Of a DNA stretch of 64,000 bases, positions 38,748-49,525 are shown in pieces. Numbering within the stretch: the first letter of the stretch is position 1; each line of letters opens with the position of its first letter. The DNA comes from Daphnia carinata (Eukaryota). The stretch covers positions 11,160,001-11,224,000 of the forward strand of contig NC_081333.1 in the NCBI RefSeq assembly GCF_022539665.2, given 5' to 3'. The position numbers were made by a program, and so were the translations under genes. The notes under the pieces are model-generated. The model saw nothing but the letters and a program-made list of their open reading frames with translations. It was not told where the DNA came from and made no database searches.

Positions 38748-38815
38748 CTACTCAGGTTTGAACCCAGGGTAACAGATATCGAAGCTAAAGGCTCTACCAC
38801 AGAGCTATGAACCGT
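38748..38815 (-). other. tRNA-like motif T4 (distal type)
   Basis: TAGCTCTGTGGTAGAGC ... GGGTTCAAACC; same 5' block as T1. Confidence 0.62.
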
Positions 38816-38910
38816 ATGAAAGCAATAGAAAGATAAACATATAGTTGTGAAAGACTGCATAAACATCCTAGACGATAACATATGATATGCGATAATAACA
38901 TATTTAGATA

Positions 38911-38980
38911 TATCTCGTGGCTCAATGTTAGAGCTTCGGCGTAGCACGCTGAATGTCTGGGGATCGGTTCCCATACGAGT
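38911..38980 (+). other. tRNA-like motif T5 (proximal type)
   Basis: CTCG-TGGCTCAATGTTAGAGC, TCGGCGT-AGC-ACGCTGA, GGGATCGGTTCCC, ends CGAG. Confidence 0.58.
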
Positions 38981-39277
38981 AAAACAAAATACAAAATTAC
39001 TTCAAAAAATATCCAGGTATTACGCGTTGTTCCTTGAATCTAAGTTGAAGAATTCAAATAATGTAATAAATAATAACTGAATACTTACAGATACACGATA
39101 AACCAATGGAAACAATGCTTACCATCAAAGGTGACAAAAACAAATAAAGCAAAACAAAATTAAAAAAAAGTTGATAAATGTAATGTGTGAACACAGACAA
39201 TGAAGGAAACAAATTTTGCAAAAAAAAAAAAAAAAAAAAAAAATTTATTGACAATTCTCTGCACATTACAATTATTT

Positions 39278-39650
39278 TTGCAACTTTAAAAAGGCACAAT
39301 AGCCCTTTCAAAAGTTGCCGTCAACCCAGGCAGGGGGAGACACTGCCTTGTTGACCCACCGGGGAGATTACCCGGTGATTGGCTAAGAGAAGCCGGAAGA
39401 AGAGCTGAAGATTTGGAACATTTTTACAGGAGCGATTAACCTTTAGTTCGGATTTGTGGGTAGCCACATCGCCCTCCGTGAACACATCATCGGACTAAGC
39501 GGCACCCCACGTCCCCTTTCCGGCCAGAGCCCTCCAAACCTCGGTATATGTTATTTTTATATATACCGTACAGTAGGGGCATGACCCCCTACGGGCTTAT
39601 TACGAGTCAAGGGGAAACGGGGCTTCAGAAAAGAAGGGAGCCCAGATATG
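39278..39650 (+). ncRNA. Structured element, right-arm copy B', ending in ATG (39648-50)
   Basis: Same stems as copy A with a compensatory change (AGGCAG/CTGCCT vs AGGTAG/CTACCT) and an extra CGGTATAT/ATATACCG hairpin. Confidence 0.62.
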
Positions 39651-40389
39651 CACTTCAATTTTTTTAATATCAAATACCGTCTGGGGAATCCGAATTAAGT
39701 ATAGAAATGTCATGTCATCCATCCAATCAATACAATTTATTCCGTGTCTTGCCCCAACCAAGAATCTTTTCAGATCCAATGTTACTATTAACCTATATTG
39801 AGAAAAGAAAAACAACACCATTAAACATATCAACTGTTGATCATGTAACTTACATGACTCATAGATTCAACTTCTGGTGGAAGCTTGGGGAAGGACATAC
39901 AAATTGCAGATTAACATCATTGTATAAGGGTCTTGAATGATGAACTAGCACCTGTACAATGTTGCATTGTTGATAGTTGTGTTCCCAGTACATGAAAATC
40001 CTTTCCTTTTGGATAAAATTTTTTTTGGTAGATTAGACCTGGTTGGCAAAAAGGAGGAGAAATTCTTCGTCATAAATTCAAAATTATTTGAAGAAAATTC
40101 CTTTCATACCTAAAGAGTCCATGTATGATGTTCATCTCTGCAATGGCAGCAAAATTAAAACATCTTTAGGGCCATTTAAGTACCCAGTTTCCCCAACACT
40201 CTGAACGTAAAGGACAAGTTGTTCTTTAGACAGAGAAGCAGAATTATTTGAGGTTTCTAGCTGTGACAGAACTATAAAGGATTGCTGTTGTACTGGATTT
40301 ATTAACACAAGATGGTACTTCTCATTAGACAATGTGCATACTCTATTACTTTACCTCATACCTTAATGGTAATGCACTCTGTGTTTTTT

Positions 40390-41120
40390 CATCTGTAGGC
40401 TGACTCTTCCATCCTGTAACACTTCCAAACTTGATTTGATCCCCCATTAAATTCTGTGAATGCAAAATAATAGCATTAAAAATACTTTTTCAATAGACAT
40501 CAAACCGAAAAGTACCTAATCCATGTTTCATGTTGAACTTGTGCCATATCTTGGTTTCCGTACCACACCCATTTTCGGCCCAAATACGGTCCCACAATTG
40601 TTCACTTCCTTCACTGCATGGGCTTATTACTAACGATTCTTTTTGTGCAGCACTAACAGAATTTAAATTTAACACACTGTCAGGTGGTAGACTGAATAAC
40701 TAAACAATAAATAATTGTTTGTTAAAATTCTATACTTATTTTGAATTCTTATTTGAAAAGTTTAGGTACCTGACTGTGTTCGCCTAATGCCAATTCATCC
40801 TCATGTTCAGTTAGGTTTGAGTTTGGAAAAACCTCCTTCACTGTTTGGAAACTGTTCCGTTCCAATTTATTCCTTTCCCCTAGCTGAGCTTGTAGACTCA
40901 AACTTTGAGCTACAAAACACAAATGAATAAAAGCAAATAAATAGAATCATTATGTATTAGGCCTTACCATCCTTAGCTTTGCTGTTATCTAATATTTTGT
41001 GCTGTTGCAATAATTGAGCCTGCAGGTCCATAATTTGATCTAATAAACAATAATTAATAATTCAAAACAAATATAATAATGTTTATACTTACCATCCTTT
41101 TGTTGTATTATCTTATCCAT
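40390..41120 (-). CDS. Spliced ORF in right arm, unknown product (possibly pseudogene)
   Basis: Mirror of the 36522 ORF; has TGG (ETKIWHKF) where the left arm has TAG. Confidence 0.45.
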
Positions 41121-41368
41121 TTTTCAATTGTTCCTCCAGCCACGCGTTATTCTCCATGCACGCTACTGAACTAACTGCGAATAGCATCCAATGGACTGAA
41201 ATTGCCTACGCCAGTAATAATGAGTCTGAGCGGTAGATGGCTACGTGTCGGAAAAAAAGAAAAAAGTGCGATTTTTTATTTTTTTTCCGCCATTTTTTTT
41301 TTTTTTTTTTTTACGTAAAACGGATTGCCATATGAAACGGATTGCCATACAAAAAAAAAAAAAAAAAA

Positions 41369-41558
41369 TAGCCACGTCGCCCTCCGTGAACACATCATCG
41401 GACTAAGCGGACCCCCACGTCCCCTTTCCGGCCAGAGCCCTCCAAACTTCGGTATATGTTGTTTTTATATATACCGTACAGTAGGGGCATGACCCCCTAC
41501 GGGCTTATTACGAGTCAAGGGGAAACGGGGCTACGGAAAGGAAGGGAGCCCAGATATG
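41369..41558 (+). ncRNA. 5'-truncated structured element, copy C, ending in ATG (41556-58)
   Basis: Near-identical to the 3' half of copies B/B'; preceded by a poly-A run. Confidence 0.58.
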
Positions 41559-41559
41559 C

Positions 41560-43260
41560 ACTTCAATTTTTACATAATTAATACCGTAATACGCGGGAAT
41601 ACACAGGCGACTGATGGAGGGAAATTCAATTCCGTACTTCAAATTATTATAACTTTTCGTCATCACATCCCAACCAGAAACCTTCGCAGGTTCACTATTG
41701 CTATTAATCTAAATTAAGAAAATAAAACATAGATAAGCATAAGACGTTCTTATTGATATCGCTTACATGGTACATAAATTCATCATCTGCCATATTCCTG
41801 TAGATTCCTGGCAGGAGCTTCTAAAAGGCTATGCAGTTGCAAATGATCACCATAGCCAAAACTTGAATACGAAAGTTTGGAAGAACCCTTCGTGTTGGAC
41901 ACAGAGATCTTCTATGGGCTTTCCGGTTGGACGTTCCATGCACCATAAAAAACAGATAGGTTACAAAGTTGGTTGTTTTGATCACTAAACGTTAAGATAA
42001 ACAATGTACCTGGTATCGGCAGTCTTGACAACAATTTCCATTATAACATCATATCACCTGATTTTATGGAAAAAGAATTTCGTAGGCGACAGTTCAGAAT
42101 AGAAATGGTTGCACTCAAATCTATTGACAGGTGAGGATTAAGGAATGTCGCCTTAGGGAGTGCAAACCGCGATTTTCAAAATTATTAAATGCTTGTTAGC
42201 CATTGAAAGATTGCTGGCTGACGCAGACAATAGTTTGGGACATGATTAATGAACTGCTTCGTGGATAAAGCTCGTTTTTTTTAGTCCTCTCCAGGATGGC
42301 ATGAATTCCAGCATGTTCTACACATGTATCAGCACTTAGCGATACACCAATTAAAACAATTAAAAAATTTAAAATAGTTCCACCTTTTAATGTTTTGGAC
42401 TCCATGATTCATCTTCGTTGCAATTGTGAAGGCAAGACAACTGACCTATGGTGATTTATTCATCGCACTTGCCATAACCGTTTTCCCAATGTATCAGCTT
42501 TTCCGCCAACAGTAGTTTACTAATACAACATTGACGATTAAAACTAGAAAACTAAACAAACTCAGCAGAAAAGCATTACCAGGGAGTAACATCTTGCATG
42601 TTGACGAAGAATCCTCGGTTTATCATGTACATGGCAGAATATCCACATTGCCTAGATGGCGCAATCCTTTGCGTAATCACACAAATAGTAACTAAAGCAT
42701 ATTGAATTGAAACAAAATTTAAATGAAGTTTTACCCAACAGCCAGCTGCACCTCTGAATTCCAAAACTATGTCTACACATTCATATCAAGCTTTTCCAGC
42801 ATGTCTCACCTTTGGCATTTGTTTAAATCATTCCTTCAAAAATTTTTAATCAATGTAAATAAAGTAAACAATTGATATTTATGTGACGTCAGAGTACCAT
42901 TTAGCTGTCAAGCATTCCATACAAGATAGGCATTTTGAAGAATCAGTGGCAGCAATCAAGTGCTACAATTTGAATATGGGCTAGGTGTTATAGTCACTGA
43001 GGGCTCTCAATCCCTAAACTGAACCTTGCTCACTGATGTGACAATCTATAAAAGGATTTAAATCTTAATTAATGAGACATGCAGGATACTGTATAAAATT
43101 ATAGTAAAGATGGTACCAAATGCTGAGTTACTAGAAATTTTGCCTGGGAAATCTCCAACTGACCATGTGAAACATAAGTCAGCTGTACTGCATTTGCAAA
43201 TCCAGTGTTCAAGTAACCATGTACAATCCATGTCTGAAGGAATGAATGAGAAAATTAAAC
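41560..43260. pseudogene. Decayed gene remnant between copy C and the 43345 TIR
   Basis: Fragmented frames; 41670-41860 is weakly homologous to 39735-39920 (SWQELLKGYAVANDHH vs FWQKLGK/AIQIADDNH). Confidence 0.4.
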
Positions 43261-44169
43261 AGGAATCTACCGCTAGATGGCCATAGCAGTAAAAAAGAAA
43301 ATAAGGGCAAAATTTTTTTTTTGGGGGGTAAAACGGATTGCCATAGGTTATAGCCTTCCCCCAAATCAAGACCTTGCAAAGGTCAAATGTGAGCCCACAG
43401 AAAGACTTTTCAGTTTTGCCAAGATAATAAAAGGGCAACTACATCAATGATAAAAACTTGATTATAAATGAAAAATAAATTCAGCTAAAAAGCTTAGCGG
43501 GTAAAACTGTTCCGCCTTATTTTTAAAGAAAGTTTATAGCAGACTGCACGAGTCTCTAAATCACCCACCAAACACAAACCCTTAGAGTTACCATTACTAT
43601 TGCACGAACGGACCGTTACCTGTTGTGCTGGATATTTTTCTTCGTTATTATTGTACAATTCTTACAGCATATTTTGGTTAACATTGCCATGGATATGATT
43701 TGTAATTATGTGACATTCTTGTTGTTTTTTTTTTTTTTGCATTTGCACTTTATTGTGTAGTATCTGATTTAATAAACGAAAAAAGACGGGAACATCAATG
43801 ATTTACGAATGAACAACCACCAATCAAAAGATGCCTGCCTTAAGGTTAAATTCACTTGGCATTTAAGGAGTTCCGAAGTTCCAAGATGGCAATTTTGAAG
43901 CCATTCTTTCAGCAATCAGCTGTGAAACTGCGCCGGAGATCGAAAACGGCGCGATAGTGTAGAATGGTGTAAATCAATTCAGAACCTTTGGCATGGCCAG
44001 CTTGGTTCCGTCTTGTTACAGTTTTGCCGATTAGTCACATTCATTATTTTGTAATGCTCTAAAAATGGTCATGAGTGAGGTTGCAGTACCCTTTAACTCG
44101 CTTTCTTACAACGAACCATTCGGGCTATTTGATTTTTAAATCTGTACTAACCCATTTGATATTCAACGA

Positions 44170-44250
44170 TATCCCGAGACGTTACGTGCTGAGCAATATT
44201 GAAATAAAAGGCCAAAATTTTTTTTTTTTGGGGTAAAACGGATTGCCATA
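44170..44250 (-). mobile_element. Additional unpaired right TIR of the same family
   Basis: AAAAGGCCAAAATTT...GGGGTAAAACGGATTGCCATA. Confidence 0.7.
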
Positions 44251-44308
44251 GTAAACCTTGGATTAATACAGCAGACGACCCACCAAACGGTATAGCCATC
44301 TATTGGTA

Positions 44309-45851
44309 TATGGCAATCCGTTTTACCCAAAATAAAAATAAAAAATATTGGCCTTTTTCTGTTTTATTGCTATCGCCATCTAACGGTCACGTTTCTAGTT
44401 AATTCTCTACATACACTGACCGAAAAAAATTTTAAGCCCTACTAAATAAACCCGACTAAATAAGCCCGACTTTCTGTTTTTTACGGTTAATTTAAAAAGT
44501 AGAAGCCTAATATAAAAATATACCCCATTTTCGTGATCAGCGATCAATTTCGAATCGGAATAATGTATTTTTAATGAAATCTAGGATTTGAAGAAAAGTG
44601 GAAAAGTGGGAAGGCCTTCTTACTATTTCAATTTTGGCAAAATTTTCGATTTCGCTTTAAATACATGGTTTCGATGCAGAATTGAACGGACATCACGAAT
44701 ATGAGGGTTGTTTTCTCGTGGGCTTCATAGTTTTTGAATAAAACGTAAAAAGCGGTAAAAGCTGGGTTAAAAAATAAGCCCGGGCTGATATTGTCGGGCT
44801 TAAAATTTTTCCTTTTAAAAAATAATAGCATTAAATCTAGATATCTATAGATGATTCTGATTCAAAATTAACCAAGGAACACGAAAATGGAATTTTTTTT
44901 TACGTAGAGCTTATAGTTGTGAAGTAATCTAAAATCTAAAATTAGTGTGTGTGCGAATCGAACCATTACTAGCGTGCCAGTACGCTACAGCGTTAGCCTG
45001 ACACATCAAAGTTCTTTGATTATTCAAAAACCATAAATTCTACGTAAAAACAAATTTCATTTTCGTGTTCCTTGTTAAATTTTGAATGAGAATTATCTAT
45101 AGATATCTAGATTTAATGCTTCCATTAGATAATCAATGCAAACCATCACTAGATAACTATATATAATGATTCTGATTCAAAATTTATATCGAATTCCAAG
45201 AGATGTAATTTTTGGCCGATTATGGCAAAAGTGGTAAGGCTATAGCGTTTCCACTTTTCCATTGTTGGCTAAATTTTAAATTTCGCTTAAAATACATGAT
45301 CTCGATTCAGAATGGACTGCTTATCACGGAAATCAAATTTATTTTCTAATGGGCCTTGTGGTTTTTTAATTAAACTTTAAAAACTAAACAATTAGAAAAG
45401 TCGGGCTTATTTAGCCGGGCTTATTTAGTCGGGCTTAAACAAATTTTTTACAAAAACTGACACTCATCGGAATAATGTAATATAATACACTGCAACAACC
45501 AGCAACGAGCTTTTATTATTCAAACACATAATTTATACCTTAAACACACCATTCTCATTATTATTAGAATTTAATACATCCTTTTGCTGCAGTACAAAGT
45601 GGACTTCAAGTTAATAGTAATAATAAATAAATTAAGTAAATAGAATAGAACAAAATAAAATAACGTTTAATAATATGTTGATTAAATAAAGTTATTAGTT
45701 TAAAATTTTTTATTTTTATATGGCTAGAATATGTAAAGTTGTCCTTAGAGAAAAAACTATAAATCTGATCGGTAGATGGCGATAGCAGTAATACAAAATA
45801 AAGGCCAATTTTTTTTTTTTTGGGGGGGGGGGGGTAGAATGGATGGCTATA
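44309..45851. mobile_element. Non-autonomous 1.5-kb member of the same TIR family, internally palindromic
   Basis: Left ~165 bp nearly identical to 31985-32150; diverged right TIR ...GGTAGAATGGATGGCTATA; TAAGCCCGAC clusters at 44433-70 and inverted at 45400-37; internal inverted repeat ~44827-44915 / ~45033-45120. Confidence 0.85.
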
Positions 45852-45983
45852 AATGCGAACACGATAGACACCATCTATTGCCGTAATTTTGTACCGATAA
45901 TGTTTGTTGTACCTTGGAAATAGTCTCTATCCAAACATTTTGTAAATTTTATTTGATACATTAGTCATCCAAAATTAACTCAA

Positions 45984-46561
45984 ATGGAAAATACTACGTT
46001 ATATAAAGAGCTCAACAATATTCCGTTGGCTGATGATGATCCCCAAGGTGAAAATTCCTTCATATTACATTCAATTCATACGTTGTTTAACTTTTCGTTT
46101 CGTTATGGCTGCAGCTGTCATTCCGTCCGATGGAGAGGAAGCAGGCGTAGAGCGCCATTCATTAGACTCTATGTCTTCTCGTTTTACCAATGATAGCTCA
46201 GAGCATCCCCTTTGTGGTGAATCGACCATATATAGTTAGATATTCATTACTAGATTTAAGATCATGAAGTGTTACAGATGGAGATATCAACTTGGATGAA
46301 CAAGAAGAAAAGGCGCGTCTAATAGCCCAAGTTATGGAACTCCAAAACACTCTCGATGGTATATAATGTATTGTTGCTAAAAAAAGTGTCAATTTATTTT
46401 TGTGTATATCGTTGACAGATCTCTCTCAACGTGTGGATAGTGTTAAGGAAGAAAATCTGAAGCTGAGGTCAGAAAATCAAGTTTTAGGGCAATATATAGA
46501 AAATCTAATGTCAGCATCTTCAGTCTTTCAATCAACATCTCCAAAAATTAAAAAAAAATAA
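45984..46561 (+). CDS. SCOC: Short coiled-coil protein
   Basis: [67 protein letters not shown]. Confidence 0.95.
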
Positions 46562-49525
46562 ATACTCTGGTCAAGCAATTACGTGAGCCACCACAGCTTT
46601 TAACAATTCATCATCATTCTTTTTTAGCATTATATTTATAATTTTGCCCACTAGTCTTATTGACAATAAATTTCCACTGCACTGAATTTTCTCGAATCAT
46701 TTGAAAATTTATCCAGCGAACCGAGTTGACATGTTGTTCGAACAATTTAGTTGGCACACAACGTAGATACACTTGTGCCAGCTGCGACTGTCGGACCCAT
46801 TTTGGCCCTTATTTTGCTGACGCAAGCTTTTGGCCAACACATGTATCACTCTTATAGGTGAAAACATTGGTGTGTTTGGATATCCTTGCTTTTCTACTAT
46901 GAAACTACGCAAACCTTTGCGCCATAAGATACGCTACCCTTTTCGTGAGCGCAAATATTTGGAAAGAACCAGAAAAATGTAACAACTGTGTGCGGTATTT
47001 TATGGGCAGATTCAAAAAAAGAATCTGTTTCCTTGTAACAGCGACTATTTTATCACTGACCTTTTTAATGAAAAATGGGCCGCATTTGCTGACGATACAA
47101 TTTTGACCTCATTTTATTCCTTTCTTTTGGAGTATCCTTGTCGATATGGCAAAATAATACTCCAAGTGGGTTATTGCAAAACTTCCTATTAGTACAACAA
47201 AAAAAAAAGGAAAAAATTTTGAGCTGTAAATGGTAAGAGCCCAATTTGGGACCTCTTGTCCACTTGCTGTTTATAATGCTGCATCTTCTTTTTGTGATCA
47301 GTATTGGTCAAGTCACCTAGTTATAACGGATAAATGAAGAGAACGATGTGAAAGCGAGACGATCCCTGCAATTGCAGTAACCTACATTTGATCCAAACTA
47401 GTAGAGGTTATACCTGCTATCTTATGTTTCGCTGATGTCCTTATTATACTCATCAGAGTACAAGAAACAGTGTACGTATATGCAGAATATTCATATTTAC
47501 AGAATAGTTGTATCCCTTTATTTTTAAAACGTCGTAATTAGTAATAAACATAACTGGAGTGACGCAATGAGTTATTTTATGCGTTTAAATCTTTTCTTTT
47601 TTTTTTTTTTGCATTTCTTTTTCCCCTGCGGAAAAGGAAACGGGAAATACACGGTCGACTGATATCCGCGTTTGACCAAACAGTGGATTCACATGACTTA
47701 CGCTACGACCCATAAATGAGAGTGAGCGAATGATAAATTTGAAAAAAAAAAAATCACCGGAAGTTGTTGTGCTGGGTTGTGCAGCACGCAATACACGCAT
47801 AAACATTGAGAAACCATTGCGAGGTGATTGAAAGGGGTGGTGAATACAAGGAAAGCAACGGAGCTATGTATCGTTGAAAAAGAAATAAAAACTCCTTTTC
47901 GAGTGACGGCAAAATTCAAGTTCAGTGCTCAACACACGATCGTCCTGTCAACGGTCTTTTAAACAATCACGAACACCGCGATTCGTGAAACGCCTCTATT
48001 CCAAACCGAAAAGCGGTTCCAAAAGGAGGTTTATAGATGACGACATTGTTTTGCTTTTTTCCTTTGTTTTCTTTTTTTTTTTCAAGTCTGAGCCACTCAA
48101 CGGAAACAGGAAAACCATCAATTCCGTCTCCCTACCCCCTCGATTTTCTCCTCTGTTATCCCATTTTAAGAATATTACAATGAACCATCCCTTCGTGTAT
48201 TACTAACATCCTTTCTCGACGATGATCTACCTCAATAACGGAGCTTTTCTAAATGATCATGTTATTCGAAGGCACATGACCTTAAAGGTTGAAGCCTACG
48301 TGGTAGAAAAACGCATACAGGTATATGGGGGTAGGGGGGGAGGTGAAATAGAGGGGGAAATCCCAGCATCATAACGGTATCTCGTTCTGTTAGAATTAAA
48401 AGAGGGAGGAAAAGAAAAAGAAGTGTCTGGATCAACACAATCTTTTCTCTTTGTTTCTTTTCCGATGTTAAAAAATCTATAAGAAAAGCTATCTGATGGA
48501 TCCCCATTGGAGGTCAGCGAACTCTCGAACAGCACGACATCCGATGAGAAAAGTTGGATAAATTTGGTTTTTTATAAGACGATTTAAGCTGCCCTGGACT
48601 AGAAGACATGACTGTACTCTAGAGAGAAAGAGAGATAATATGTAGAACTGAAGGGAAGGAAGGAGAAAGAGGGGGGAGGGATTGACCCCGACTGCATAAC
48701 AAACGGTTGTAGCCTTCAAGCTCCGTAAACGTCACAAAAGGAAGGAAAAGGTTTGGGGTTTGGCCCAGCCGCGAAAGGTCCCGTCACGTCAGTACTTCTG
48801 TGTCCTCCGAACCGGACGGACGAATTATTTTCTGTGTGTGTGTGTGCTACCTTGCAGCTACTAAAACTACGCATTGTAACGCCTTTCTTGTGTAACACCA
48901 TCGATTTAAGCGGGCACTTTTAGTGCAAGGAATTGCCAAAGTAAGTACAAAGTTAACCTATAAAGTAAAGTGTGTCGTCTATGGTGTGTAGTAATAAAGC
49001 TCAAAATATAGAGCAATGGTGTTCTGATTAGAAATTCGATTTTTCAACCATGTCGTGAGCCGAAAATTTCTCTTTCCCTTTGTGCGTGAATGGTGGCTGT
49101 ATCTTTTTCAGCAATAGGAAAACCAATCGCTGTTGCGTTTGGTTGTAATGAGGTAATTGAACTAAACCAATGTTCCACATGCCAGCTGATTGGAAACGTA
49201 TCGTTGCATAAGATTCTAGTTTTTCTGGTGGGGCGGGAGTTTCTTTCCTCTTGCGATTTCTTTTCTTTCCCGCAGGAAATTGGCAAAGATTGTAGTTTTA
49301 TTTGTTTTGTCAGTGACGCCCATTACTCACACACCTTTCATCCTGTTTATTTGTTTTCAATGTTCCTGTAAACATGTCAGCTAATCTAAGACCCTATTTC
49401 AAGGTTCGTTTCGTTTCTTCCCAGCAAGGATTAGATCCCAGAAGAAAGAGATAATCTCAGCAGCTTTGAAAAAAGAGGTCATCAATTTGACTCTTGGGAT
49501 CTTCCTTTTCTTGCAAGCCTGAAAG

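Larger units (their letters stand above)
36301..41332. mobile_element. ~5-kb foldback/palindromic TIR element: arms ~36301-38570 and ~39069-41332, ~500-bp spacer
   Basis: The arms are reverse complements along their whole length; both ends are TATGGCAATCCGTTTTAC. Confidence 0.9.
31985..43345. mobile_element. Large composite TIR DNA-transposon region, TA|TGGCAATCCGTTTTAC termini, superfamily unassigned
   Basis: The ~85-bp left end at 31985 is an imperfect reverse complement of 43265-43345. Subterminal TAAGCCCGAC repeats; contains decayed ORFs and nested elements. No intact transposase recognised. Confidence 0.75.

Noticed and set aside
38564..38980. Functional tRNA genes
   Set aside because: Acceptor stems are incomplete and the anticodon loops are non-canonical, so these are reported as tRNA-like only.
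46700..49400. Short low-complexity ORFs upstream of the carboxypeptidase
   Set aside because: Driven by A/T runs; consistent with promoter, 5'UTR and intron sequence.
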